From positions 1 to 63,890 of the IMG/VR virus record IMGVR_UViG_3300045131_001062: a DNA stretch of 63,890 nt; one strand, 5' to 3'. The first letter of the stretch is position 1, and the number at the start of each line of letters is the position of its first letter. A program made the position numbers and the translations under genes. Under the pieces are notes generated by a model, which saw nothing but the letters and a program-made list of their open reading frames with translations, did not search any database and was not told where the DNA came from. Shown here one piece after another: positions 27,701 to 36,657 of this stretch. This DNA comes from a virus (taxonomy: Duplodnaviria; Caudoviricetes).

Positions 27701-27894
27701 GTGAGGCTTCAGATCCGGCTGTTAATCCAGAACAGCTGATGGACATTATCCAGTTCGACGAGCAGTCGTCTGCCGAAGGAAAGACTTTCGTCTACAAGGT
27801 GCGTAAGATTAGAATCTTGGCAGACGGCAGTCTAAGAATCACTGACTTTGGTCCTGACTGGATACCGTTGTTCACTGCTAGCCCGTGCCCGTAG
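24751..27894 (+). CDS. Tail tip/hub (central fibre) protein
   Basis: 1047 aa beta-rich; WPLCFGSVLKVP and NTANIIKWLL motifs; position. Confidence 0.7.
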   Translation: MSRTIPANTAVELAKRLGTELTPFVEIAWPSGTQYYSYTTRTLGGRNYQGKLLEFETVQYQGKQTATAQVSSVSIKLDDTDDSLRILLNQHNAEHIVAKVYINYPVLSSTTDNILLMIGKVTSDIAWSEADRALSFTIDTFITNNEVGYAPAAGDFTGLLEEAIDQPWPLCFGSVLKVPAQRIIGAIEGTLETAVYPDTTEFYVSGGEKFPQGVYITVMISGVTMQGVFNGTHFTVTTMSMPQSTGPFGIAARPDNNDNPLLFWLSSYVNLENKFFLASIDGQQYVNYCTDQNGLMCTMSSAFSSNELATTGDTIDEASVVTLSKWDVDSIINVVDLPSGNNSWEIADGTVVKYWAAAGRFDAYVANLLPSTVSQVLGKRTFHGMSVYTVIPYSYYTIVDGTALTNKNCTLIKFAKPLNEYENEGWSGDIYVSLRSSQPSGDVAPKSNTANIIKWLLDTYATGLTTDSASFSAVASKIANYPSSFAVFDQQKVIQLCEDIAWQARCALLIENDVVYLRYLSQNPVNQTYIEAANTLENSLVLGLSSFDSIVTKLTATWKHNYSGDEDSQHEYVYRNNISTYGLVEQSRDFFIYNIEGCVQASARFWGYRYSHIWRTATLQTLIRNVHLQVFDIAELNYAVLGDNSINGVIELATISPNTPNLDLSIEIAANAGTVVENPLYWWVPGIDLSTIKDPLTGLILEDDTPVIEDDTTASGLGDPNNPTDRDKYLVWMCTPSYIYQGQVSTFRLGLYDAAVPHTPPINQSVWVEIETIGYTSASTGRVADIPKQYVQITAGLSSINITVPMTHGILDHAHFFARAVSPDLDELGQIRLNPSNEPIYRRVTDIRPSRTDDIPVQLPEDGNPLAGLLEFVTTPTTIERRETFNVTVKGKEGLKGIFHITSNTDDNDVLGAEGIEREFTGGLQVLQFSVVGGSGSDTFTLTVAATPKECDPDEDVYVESNTINISEPGYEIPSGDPDDSNYSEASDPAVNPEQLMDIIQFDEQSSAEGKTFVYKVRKIRILADGSLRITDFGPDWIPLFTASPCP

Positions 27895-27902
27895 GTGCCT
27901 AT

Positions 27903-28322
27903 ATGATCGACGTAAAATACAGTTCCGTGCATGGGAAGGTGCTGCATCTACCTAATGGTAATCTAATGCTGGAGTGTTGTTGTGACGAGACTGGACTCTA
28001 CTATAGACAAGCCCGCAATGGGCACTACAGCAGTGATCCAATTGTCACAATAGTTGATTTTTCTAGCGTGGTGCCAGTTGGTAGGAGTGTGCAGAGCATA
28101 CAATACCACTTCTTCTTTAGTGGCGGGGGTGTTGATCCAGATAGGGTAGTATTGGAATATCCGGATGGATTCATTCTACTAGATGAAACTACCGCAGGAA
28201 CACTAGAACAAGATGGCACTGAAACTAGTGGTCAGCAATACATGAAAGTAATCGTGTTTGCCCCCGTACCTACTACTGCGTGGGATTGGATACTGGAAAT
28301 CTACGTCACATTGGTTCCATGA
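27903..28322 (+). CDS. Hypothetical tail-associated protein
   Basis: Packed after the tip gene; ECCC motif. Confidence 0.55.
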   Translation: MIDVKYSSVHGKVLHLPNGNLMLECCCDETGLYYRQARNGHYSSDPIVTIVDFSSVVPVGRSVQSIQYHFFFSGGGVDPDRVVLEYPDGFILLDETTAGTLEQDGTETSGQQYMKVIVFAPVPTTAWDWILEIYVTLVP

Positions 28323-28564
28323 AAAAGGTAGGTCCATACTTAACGTTTCTCAGGAGTGAGGGTGCACCTGATACTGTACCCGCTGGGTATGATCCTACAG
28401 CAGACCCCTACGTATTCATAGTTTCTATCCTACCATGTATACATAGGTCTATGATAGAAAAGAAAAGTTCGTGTTGTGGGATTAAAAAGTTAATGCACTG
28501 CGAGCATTTCAAACAACGCACAACAAGATTAGCCTGCTCAACGTGTCGCAGTCGTGTGGAATGA
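28319..28564 (+). CDS. Small Cys-rich protein
   Basis: ATGA overlap; PCIHR..SCCG..HCEH..CSTC. Confidence 0.6.
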   Translation: MKKVGPYLTFLRSEGAPDTVPAGYDPTADPYVFIVSILPCIHRSMIEKKSSCCGIKKLMHCEHFKQRTTRLACSTCRSRVE

Positions 28565-28580
28565 CCTAGAAAGGATTAGT

Positions 28581-29426
28581 ATGGACACATATTTAGGCAT
28601 GAGAATCATACATAGCAACGACGGGACGTTGAGCATTCCACGGTCGCACTTTCAGGTCGAGAGGTATCTGGATAACCGCTACCATAGATTTCCCAACCAA
28701 CTCAAATGGCAGGCTCCTGTATTGACACAAGCGGACATTGAAAGATTAAAAGCCGTGTTTTTAGGCAGGTCTGTATACATTATCGGCAAAGGTCCAAGTC
28801 TGGATAATCTACGGGCCGAACATTTCCTTGGGTATCCTGATGATCCAATTATAGCAATCAATGACTCTATCCACAAAGTGGAATCTCTTGATTTACTGAA
28901 TCCTACTTTCTGTATGCAGCAGGACAACTTTCTAAAGGATACATGTAGACCAAAGAAAGCCACGTTAATCATCTCCAATAAGGCCAAACATTACTACGAT
29001 GACTATGCAGACAAGATACCCTTCACCCGCCAAGACCTTGGTGTTATGTATGGTAGTTGCATAACAGCCGTAGCCGCGGTGAAATTACTGGCTATGTGTG
29101 GTGTTGTCCGCGTATACTTAATCGCTTTTGACGGCATAGCCGGCAACCGTGATTACGCTAAGTGCCTAGGCACCGATCCTAAGGTCTGGGGTAGTACCAA
29201 ACGCTTCATAGGACATGGGGTTAGATTACTTAACGCACTCGCGCTTGCCGGCATATACCATGAGATTATAGAAACCACTCCCCGCGGCGGCAGATCGCTT
29301 GGTAGACCTTCGCTGCAAGTAAGCAATCCTCCAGAGCATCATGTCGAGCATGTCGCTCAATCCCCAATTTCGCGCAAATGTATCCCAACTCTAATTTCTG
29401 AAATTGCGCCGGGCTTACTTTCATAG
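28581..29426 (+). CDS. Maf/DUF115 (MptE-like) or sialyltransferase-like protein
   Basis: VYIIGKGPSL, IIAINDS, VYLIAFDG motifs. Confidence 0.65.
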   Translation: MDTYLGMRIIHSNDGTLSIPRSHFQVERYLDNRYHRFPNQLKWQAPVLTQADIERLKAVFLGRSVYIIGKGPSLDNLRAEHFLGYPDDPIIAINDSIHKVESLDLLNPTFCMQQDNFLKDTCRPKKATLIISNKAKHYYDDYADKIPFTRQDLGVMYGSCITAVAAVKLLAMCGVVRVYLIAFDGIAGNRDYAKCLGTDPKVWGSTKRFIGHGVRLLNALALAGIYHEIIETTPRGGRSLGRPSLQVSNPPEHHVEHVAQSPISRKCIPTLISEIAPGLLS

Positions 29427-29898
29427 CCGCATTATCGTTCAGGAAAGCGGCCACTACCATAGTATCCCGTGAGAAGCAACTAAAGATATCATTGTAGGTA
29501 TCCACTCCCAGCCACTTGGAAATGAATGCCTTATCGAATTGATAGTTGTGTCCTAGAGGAATAATCCTTTTGCGCGTGCCGTATTCGGTGTGGGGTAATC
29601 CAATACCATCCACCCACTCCAAAAATACTTCACGTGCCTTTTCCTGATCCAATCCTCGCAACATCAGTTCACCGATGTTAAGTTTGCACACCCGTAGTGC
29701 ATCGGGACTTACACGTTCGGGGTAATCCGGTTTCAGTGTGATGTAAAATGGCATTACATCACTACGTCGTTCGAAGTTAGAGTCCAACGGAAGCACTGCG
29801 ATTTGCAGAATCTCATTCCAGTGTGGATCTAATCCCGACGTCTCAGTGTCAATTGCACAAACTAGATCACCATTCCAATGAATCATACTTTTAGCCAT
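29266..29898 (-). CDS. DEDDh 3'-5' exonuclease (DnaQ-like)
   Basis: IDTETSGL, GHNYQFD, HDALEDC. Confidence 0.92.
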   Translation of the reverse strand: MAKSMIHWNGDLVCAIDTETSGLDPHWNEILQIAVLPLDSNFERRSDVMPFYITLKPDYPERVSPDALRVCKLNIGELMLRGLDQEKAREVFLEWVDGIGLPHTEYGTRKRIIPLGHNYQFDKAFISKWLGVDTYNDIFSCFSRDTMVVAAFLNDNAAMKVSPAQFQKLELGYICAKLGIERHARHDALEDCLLAAKVYQAICRRGEWFL

Positions 29899-30746
29899 AA
29901 CTTCTCCTTACCATGCGCAGTCTTAGGTGCCCCAGCCAAATGTGATTTAGTACCAGTACCCTCACCGTGAATAGACTGAAATACAGTGAATTCAAACGTG
30001 TCGTGCCAGTCTACTTGATTATACAGTTCATTATCGTAGCCGGATAGAGCAACGGCACCCTTACACCGCTTGATAGCGTTAATCAATTCAACATGCTGTG
30101 ACCGATCGAATCGAGCTTTGTAGCAAGATTGATCCCCTTCGATGTAGGGTGGATCAATATAGAACAGAGTATCCAAGCTATCGTACTGCTCTATACAGGC
30201 CAGGCCATCCATATGTTCTATCTGGACATTACGTAATCTTTCCGCAATGGGTTGGAACTCTGGTATCTTGTTCCATAGTTTGCCACTGAACATGCCTGGT
30301 TTCAATGCGCGTCCGTAATTACGTCCCAGCCCACTAAAAGAATACGTAATCACGTACAGCCATTTGAAGGCACGTTCTACTTCGTCTGGCTCAGTTTGCC
30401 AATCTCGTTTAAAGTCCACCCAATCTTCACGTGAATGAACGGAGGCTTTAATCAAGTCTACTAGATGTTGTCGCTTAGTGTCATCGCGCAGGCAACGATA
30501 GAAGCAGACGATTCCTGAGTCCATGTCATTGATTACTTCCATCTTAGCTGGCGCACGATTAAGTAGGACAATAGCTGTCCCACAAAACGGCTCAACATAG
30601 ATCTTGCGGTGGGGCAGATGTTTTACGATTTCCGCCACACTTCGTGACTTGGAGCCTACATAAGGAAACGGTGCCCGTACCACTTCCTTAGGCTTACGGT
30701 CAAGTGCTTCAAGTCCCTCAAGCAAATCAAATAAGTCATCGGCCAT
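29883..30746 (-). CDS. DNA adenine methyltransferase (D12/Dam class)
   Basis: PFPYVGSK, VEPFCG, EVINDMD, FYIDPPY. Confidence 0.92.
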   Translation of the reverse strand: MADDLFDLLEGLEALDRKPKEVVRAPFPYVGSKSRSVAEIVKHLPHRKIYVEPFCGTAIVLLNRAPAKMEVINDMDSGIVCFYRCLRDDTKRQHLVDLIKASVHSREDWVDFKRDWQTEPDEVERAFKWLYVITYSFSGLGRNYGRALKPGMFSGKLWNKIPEFQPIAERLRNVQIEHMDGLACIEQYDSLDTLFYIDPPYIEGDQSCYKARFDRSQHVELINAIKRCKGAVALSGYDNELYNQVDWHDTFEFTVFQSIHGEGTGTKSHLAGAPKTAHGKEKLWLKV

Positions 30747-30748
30747 GA

Positions 30749-31030
30749 TTATGCTCCAATATCTAGACAGTCTAGCTTAGTCAGTGGTCGGCGATGTTTC
30801 TTAAAAGCCGAGTCACTGACTACCTGAACGGTCTTCTTGTCCCACAACACCCACTGATCCAGTTTAATCAAGTCTCCAGTTTCAGTCTCCATCAGATTAA
30901 CGAATCTGTTGTCTTGATCGTGTACAGGCCATACTCTTTCTTGTGTTTCTACTGTAATGCTCTCAGCTTGTTTTAGAGTACCATCGAAACGAATTGCCTC
31001 GACTACCCTACCTTTGAATATTACTTTCAT
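30749..31030 (-). CDS. Hypothetical protein
   Basis: VEAIRFDG..DQWV..F common small phage family; in operon. Confidence 0.65.
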   Translation of the reverse strand: MKVIFKGRVVEAIRFDGTLKQAESITVETQERVWPVHDQDNRFVNLMETETGDLIKLDQWVLWDKKTVQVVSDSAFKKHRRPLTKLDCLDIGA

Positions 31031-31215
31031 AGTATCTTCCCGTGTGACCATGCCCCAGCTTGTTGCAGTATCTTTATACCATCGTTTTGCGTCAAATGCA
31101 CACCAATGAATTCGTTATTAGGCAGCTTAATCATACATGGTGTTTCTGAGTCAAAAGCTTCGCGTATCAGCTTCTTCTCATCGGCAGACAATAGATTTAG
31201 AATGTCTTTGATCAT
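31027..31215 (-). CDS. Hypothetical protein
   Basis: AAGGAGG SD; ATGA overlaps. Confidence 0.65.
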   Translation of the reverse strand: MIKDILNLLSADEKKLIREAFDSETPCMIKLPNNEFIGVHLTQNDGIKILQQAGAWSHGKIL

Positions 31216-33893
31216 ATTGTCGCCTCCTTACGGATAAGGTAGGCGTCTCGTAAGACATATTTGCCCTCATACTTATTAGTGTCTGCCTTCCAAGCTATGT
31301 TTCCTATATAGAATTGGGCGTCCGTTGTACTTCTACCTTTTGGGTACGCCGGTGGTAGGTCTCTACTAAATGCCTGCTTGGACCACTTATTGAACTCATT
31401 GGCGTCTAGTGTCTGCTGGAATCGTTCGAACAATTCGCCGAACTTAATCCTACAGCCATCCATGACCTTGCAATGTTCCTCAAGGAATAGTTCAACTGGC
31501 GTCTTATTGAGTTGAGCGGCAACCAACTTATCCTCAGTGGAAATCACTGGAACGTTTAGTCGATCGGCCGACTCAGGAACTTCCAGTTGCAGAACAGAAG
31601 CAATAAAGTCTGATGCTTCTTTCTCCAACATGGCAATTAGTTTCTTCTTCGGAATCAACTCTGCCAAGTCCAACGGATTAACGCGACACATAGTTATGCG
31701 CGTGTCACCCGGAAAGATTGGGCAGGCGGCGTGAGTATTGGCACAGTGAATCCAGTGTGTTGTGTTCTGAATGTGGTAGGGCGTGGCAAACTTAGGATGA
31801 ATCAATACTTCCCTAGATGTTACCCAGTCCTTAATCCGATTATACGCGAGTGCATTCTTGCGTAAATCAGTTTCTTCTACCACACATAGGACTGACCCTT
31901 CCAATTCCGCATTGAATCCACCCTGCGACACAAGTGCGGCGCTGGCTAACATGTAGCCACCATCCACTAGCAAGGACAGTGCCTCATGCAGAATTGATTT
32001 TCCGGTGTTCTGTTCGGGGCTGTATAGGAACAAGTAGGGTAGTGGGTCGTTAGGTGTCTGGAATAGCGAGGCTATCCAAATCTTAAGATAGTCGCCACCT
32101 GTAGCAATCCCATTAGCTTTAGCCCAAGGATTACTCTTAATCGCTTCGTTAAGACCTTCGCCACAGTGATTAAGAATCCTGTCCCATGTGGGGTGGGTTA
32201 GAGATTCTGTATTCACGGATGGCGTGAATCTAAATTGGGCTGCTCGCCGATTCCACTCCCGATCGCCAGGATACTCCGGTTGAAATGGTCGGCATACTAG
32301 CTTCCAACAGTTTGTGACAGACTGTCCAAGCACCATATTGACTTCATTAGTCTTTAATCCTATTGCACCTAAGGCCAACTTAACATGCGCTAATGGCTCC
32401 GCACGCCATGTATTGCTGGCTTTAATCATCCACCCACAGTCTTCGCCACCAGCCGTAACTAGATGACGCAGTAAATCATCGTAGTTGCCAACTTCGGATT
32501 CTACAGGATCAGAAGTCTGAGCATTGAATATCTTAGTCCATTCCTTCTTACTGGCCAACCAACCCGGCATGTCAGTCCCATTGTCAGACTCTTTTCGCTC
32601 GACGCTGACAACTAATCGACCATCCTTATGTTCGGATAGGCGGGCAGGTCGATTAATGAAGTTCTTACTAAAGGATACGTCTGCACCTAGCAGGGATGCA
32701 GCTTTCTGCATTACCTCAGCTTCTCGGAAGTTAAATCCAAACTTAGCATCCTCAATACCGCCACACGCACGGGCGGCAATCCGCAAGTCTGGTTTTTTAT
32801 TCAGGTAAGCACGTGTCCACCCACCACCGTCCTGCTCCCATGATTCATGCTCCTGTACGCCAGGTGTATACCTACGCACACTCCACACACCCCCACGTAT
32901 AGGGAAAGCAAAACAGTTTTGTTCCTGTGGATTAGTTACTGGACTTATCGTATCAAAGAATCCCTTGAGTGATAGGTCCGTGTAGGCACGCTTTAGATGT
33001 GCGGTGTGGGTTACGAGCATGTGATGATCTTGGTCCCACCACCACATCAAGTCATTTTCTTTGAGATAATCAATTACTTTCTTGTGGTCCTCATCTAATT
33101 CTGCTTTGGGACGCTGGCCACAAAGCTGCTCAAAGATGTCTGGATCAATCACGCCAGCAATGAACTGTGGAAGATTCTTGCGGCGCTTACCAGTAATCAC
33201 CTGTACGTGATCACGCCAGTTTTTAGGCACATCATACAGGGCATTACCTTTTTTAATCAGAGTAAGCCCGTCGGTGCCAGCCATCTTCCGATGCCACACC
33301 CACATGTTTCCACCGCAGGTATCCACGGTAGACTGGAAATCCTGTCCAACTAAAGCAGAAAGGTTGCCTAGAATCGCTCTAGCCAAAGCAGCGTGTTCGG
33401 TGTGGTTTGCAGTGGGAATATCATCCAGTTCCACGTACAAATGCAGTCCGCGGCCACTTGTTGATTTTCTAATCGTGATCCAGTCAATTTCAAAGGTCAG
33501 CCGTTTAATCTCTTCCAACTGCTCCACGCTCAGACCCTTCGCATGATTAACCATGGAATCAAAGTCGAAGGCAACCCACTTGCTTACACGATTCTTCCAG
33601 TCCCAACCTGTCATGCCTATGCCGGAGGCATGTGCGGCTAGGTCGAACTTCATGTCCGTATCTGTCCACTCAGGTTCGGTGGCTGCGTTCAGGGGTATAC
33701 GGAATGATTTCCACGTAGTGATTCCATCTGACCAAGCGGCCCACTTACGACCCTTATAATCTCCACTGACACGTTCTCCACCGTCTTGGTCTACGTTGAC
33801 TTGACACTCCATGTTGAGTGAATATAGATTTGCTAAATCAGCGTGTGTCACAGCACGCAGGTACTTAGCTATGGACTCTGATTTTGTTGGCAT
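31212..33893 (-). CDS. Primase-helicase (AEP-like N-terminus plus D5/SF3-like helicase)
   Basis: FDFD and STSGRGLHLY primase motifs; EQNTGKS Walker A; VVEE; start at 33893 has AAAGGA SD. Confidence 0.85.
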   Translation of the reverse strand: MPTKSESIAKYLRAVTHADLANLYSLNMECQVNVDQDGGERVSGDYKGRKWAAWSDGITTWKSFRIPLNAATEPEWTDTDMKFDLAAHASGIGMTGWDWKNRVSKWVAFDFDSMVNHAKGLSVEQLEEIKRLTFEIDWITIRKSTSGRGLHLYVELDDIPTANHTEHAALARAILGNLSALVGQDFQSTVDTCGGNMWVWHRKMAGTDGLTLIKKGNALYDVPKNWRDHVQVITGKRRKNLPQFIAGVIDPDIFEQLCGQRPKAELDEDHKKVIDYLKENDLMWWWDQDHHMLVTHTAHLKRAYTDLSLKGFFDTISPVTNPQEQNCFAFPIRGGVWSVRRYTPGVQEHESWEQDGGGWTRAYLNKKPDLRIAARACGGIEDAKFGFNFREAEVMQKAASLLGADVSFSKNFINRPARLSEHKDGRLVVSVERKESDNGTDMPGWLASKKEWTKIFNAQTSDPVESEVGNYDDLLRHLVTAGGEDCGWMIKASNTWRAEPLAHVKLALGAIGLKTNEVNMVLGQSVTNCWKLVCRPFQPEYPGDREWNRRAAQFRFTPSVNTESLTHPTWDRILNHCGEGLNEAIKSNPWAKANGIATGGDYLKIWIASLFQTPNDPLPYLFLYSPEQNTGKSILHEALSLLVDGGYMLASAALVSQGGFNAELEGSVLCVVEETDLRKNALAYNRIKDWVTSREVLIHPKFATPYHIQNTTHWIHCANTHAACPIFPGDTRITMCRVNPLDLAELIPKKKLIAMLEKEASDFIASVLQLEVPESADRLNVPVISTEDKLVAAQLNKTPVELFLEEHCKVMDGCRIKFGELFERFQQTLDANEFNKWSKQAFSRDLPPAYPKGRSTTDAQFYIGNIAWKADTNKYEGKYVLRDAYLIRKEATI

Positions 33894-33977
33894 CGTTATT
33901 CCTTTAATCAACTCACCATACACTTACGTAAATCATTTTTGATTGGATTAAAAAATAATCAAATCACAATGTACACT

Positions 33978-34007
33978 CTTATACAAGCTGCCCGTGTAAA
34001 TTGTGAC
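33978..34007 (-). promoter_or_regulatory. Conserved 30-bp promoter motif, copy 2 (leftward)
   Basis: Reverse complement GTCACAATTTACACGGGCAGCTTGTATAAG. Confidence 0.8.
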
Positions 34008-34101
34008 CTAACTAACTAACAGCTTCTCAAACCCTTGTAATAGTTACTTCTTCTCTCTATACCTTATATATACATGGTTTGAGAGAGGGTTAGTTAGTGA
34101 G

Positions 34102-34131
34102 TTCACAATTTACAAGGGCAGCTTGTATAAG
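34102..34131 (+). promoter_or_regulatory. Conserved 30-bp promoter motif, copy 3 (rightward)
   Basis: TTCACAATTTACAAGGGCAGCTTGTATAAG. Confidence 0.8.
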
Positions 34132-34248
34132 TTTGGCTACGATTAGAGCGATGTCGAAAATGATTTGATTAAATGAAAGGCGGTGACAACCAAAGTAATC
34201 AGTTTGGCGGTATAAGTAAAAGCGATGGTTATCTACAAGGAAACGATC

Positions 34249-35223
34249 ATGAGCGAAGTCAAGTCGATTAAGTTGAGCGATATTCGTGAGAACCCGGTTG
34301 CGTTGCGCGCTGTCAATCGTGAGAGCGAAGCGTTTCAGGGGTTGGTGGCCTCGATGCGGTCGGTTGGATTCTTCGGTGCGATTACGGTGCGTCCGCAGAT
34401 CGACCCGGAGACGCAGGTTGCGTACTACGAAATCATTGACGGCCTGCATCGGTACTCGGCTGCCAAGGATCTGGGCATTGAGGAAATCAACGCTGAGATT
34501 CGTCCGCTGGATCAGGATCGCCTGCTGGAAATGCAGATCATGGCGAACTTCCACAAGGTGGACACGAAGCCCATGGATTATGCGCGTCAGCTGCGCCGCA
34601 TCCTGGGTCGCAATCCGATGATGACCGAGACGGATTTGGCGAATCGTCTGGGTTCCAGCGTGCAGTTCATTCAGAACCGTCTGGGTCTGAATAAGATCAA
34701 CAACCCCAAGATTATGGAGTTGGTTGATGCGGGCAAGATTCCTCTGTCGAACGCGTTCACGCTCACCAAGCTCCCCGAGTCGGAGATGGATGCGTGGGTT
34801 GAGCGCGCGATGACGCAGGGATTCCAAGAGTTCGGTCCGGCGGTTACGGCACGGGCTAAGGAACTCAAGGAAGCCAGCCGGGCGGGTAAGGATGCGGGCG
34901 CTCCGCAGTTCGCCCCGTCGTCTTGGCTGCGCAAGCTGAGCGAGATTAAGGAAGCCATTGAGACGCCGGCGTCGGTGTACTCTGGTGACCAGCCTGAGGG
35001 ATTCGCTGCGGCCTTGCAGTGGGTTCTGCATCTGGACGCGAAGTCGATTGAGGTCCAGAAGGCGGCGTTTGATCAGCGCCAAGCCGAGACGGAAGCGAAG
35101 AAGCTCAAGCAGGCCAAGGAGCGCGCTGAGAAGAAGATGGAGAAGGCCAAGCTGGCGCAGGCGGAAGCTGAGGAAGCTGCCGCGGCTCTGGAAGGCGAAG
35201 AGGCCGAAGTCGTCGAAGATTAA
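34249..35223 (+). CDS. ParB/RepB/Spo0J family protein
   Basis: YEIIDGLHR, HTH-like MTETDLANRLGSSVQFI, coiled-coil tail; biased codons; AAGGA SD before 34249. Confidence 0.9.
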   Translation: MSEVKSIKLSDIRENPVALRAVNRESEAFQGLVASMRSVGFFGAITVRPQIDPETQVAYYEIIDGLHRYSAAKDLGIEEINAEIRPLDQDRLLEMQIMANFHKVDTKPMDYARQLRRILGRNPMMTETDLANRLGSSVQFIQNRLGLNKINNPKIMELVDAGKIPLSNAFTLTKLPESEMDAWVERAMTQGFQEFGPAVTARAKELKEASRAGKDAGAPQFAPSSWLRKLSEIKEAIETPASVYSGDQPEGFAAALQWVLHLDAKSIEVQKAAFDQRQAETEAKKLKQAKERAEKKMEKAKLAQAEAEEAAAALEGEEAEVVED

Positions 35224-35365
35224 GTGATAGGGCTAATTAATTTGTCGTAGTATTCTACGACGAAAGGTTATGGCAGGCCAGCCGCACAGACCCGGTGATC
35301 GGAAGATCGAAATGGGACCTGCCCTCGATAAGAGTAAGTGATAAAATAACAGTAAGGAAAAGATC

Positions 35366-36085
35366 ATGAGTAACGAATCGTTGGTTAATCTGCCGAAGGG
35401 TAACAGCATCCTCGAACGCATTGGCACCGGAGCCTTGGACACTGTGCTGCAAGGATCATTCCTCGCACGCTTGCAGTTGTTCACATCGTTTTCGGCGTCC
35501 TGTAAGGATGGATCGTTCCCGATTAATCACTGGGGTCTGGTCACTGGTGGAAAGACTGAGGATCTGGGCACGCAGGTGGATGTACTGATTCTGTCCATCC
35601 GTCCGCTGGCCATTGATGACCCGAATGGCAGCCCCATCTTCTGCTACAGCCCTGTGAAGCTGGATGATGCTGGTAATCCTATCAAGGACGAGAACGGCAA
35701 GAACGTGCCTGATCCCGTCTTTGCTCGGATTGTTAACAAAGCGGATACTAAGATCGAAGGTGAACTGCCGGGCGCAATGTACGGTGTGGATTTCCTAGTC
35801 TGGATTCCCAGCCGTAAGCAGTTCGCCACGTTGTTCTACGGTACGAAGACGGCCCGCCGCGATGCCGAATTCGCCGTGAGTCGCGTCGGCAAGATGGTGA
35901 CAATGACCTCTAAGAAGGTGGAAACCAAGAAGTTCACATACTTCTCGATTTTTGCCACTGATTGCTCCACTCCGCCTAGCGCGTTGCCGGACGAACCCGT
36001 GATGATCGAGGAACTCAACAAGTTCAATAATCCTCCGAAGCCGGACGTTCCGGAAAAGGTGGATGCTCCTACTCGTGAAGTGTAA
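35366..36085 (+). CDS. Hypothetical replication protein, possibly ssDNA-binding
   Basis: Position upstream of helicase and polymerase; beta-rich; AAGGA SD. Confidence 0.55.
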   Translation: MSNESLVNLPKGNSILERIGTGALDTVLQGSFLARLQLFTSFSASCKDGSFPINHWGLVTGGKTEDLGTQVDVLILSIRPLAIDDPNGSPIFCYSPVKLDDAGNPIKDENGKNVPDPVFARIVNKADTKIEGELPGAMYGVDFLVWIPSRKQFATLFYGTKTARRDAEFAVSRVGKMVTMTSKKVETKKFTYFSIFATDCSTPPSALPDEPVMIEELNKFNNPPKPDVPEKVDAPTREV

Positions 36086-36099
36086 TCGGTAGCCGCCGC

Positions 36100-36137
36100 G
36101 CCGCCTACCCCCGCGCGATGTAGTTGGGGTAGGCGGC
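36100..36137 (+). terminator. GC-rich hairpin without U-tract
   Basis: GCCGCCTACCCC..GGGGTAGGCGGC 12-bp stem. Confidence 0.5.
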
Positions 36138-36177
36138 AGGCCCTTAGGATTAAAGGTAGATGGTTAAGGGTTGATTA

Positions 36178-36657
36178 ATGGCTACAGATTATAAGTTCAA
36201 GTTACTTGCGATAACCGTCCCAAACTGGGGTGGTTATACTGCTTTGTATCAAGAATTGTTCGGTCAATCACCTACGCGAATCCTCGACCGTAACAATGTA
36301 TCACCACACGACCCAACGGCTTGGACGATCTGCACTCATCCTGAGCATTCGTATCTTTCAGTCTGCTTCGTACTTTCTCGCAAGTTGTGCTTGGACCTGC
36401 TTGTGTATCGGCATGTCAACTTTACTTTCACCAAACTACCCGACTCCGATGATTATCTGGTGCTGCTTTCCTGTACGCATTCTGAATTACTTTTGTTGTT
36501 TAAGCAGGAGTGGGATAAGCCAATACGAATTTTCCTGGGTGGGTTGTTCAACTATCTGGAAACCAATTCATTTAGTTACCTACTTAATCGACTTGAACGT
36601 ATAAAACTGAGTGATGATACCTATATGTATAAGGACGGCTCATGGACACTACGGTAG
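36178..36657 (+). CDS. Hypothetical protein with weak ThyX-like segment
   Basis: EHSYLSVCFVLSRKLCLDLLVYRHVNFT. Confidence 0.5.
   Translation: MATDYKFKLLAITVPNWGGYTALYQELFGQSPTRILDRNNVSPHDPTAWTICTHPEHSYLSVCFVLSRKLCLDLLVYRHVNFTFTKLPDSDDYLVLLSCTHSELLLLFKQEWDKPIRIFLGGLFNYLETNSFSYLLNRLERIKLSDDTYMYKDGSWTLR

Noticed and set aside
21800-28564. Diversity-generating retroelement or invertible tail-fibre cassette
   Set aside because: No reverse transcriptase, invertase or TR/VR pair noticed by eye.
34090-35082. 330-aa minus-strand ORF
   Set aside because: Antisense shadow of the ParB gene.
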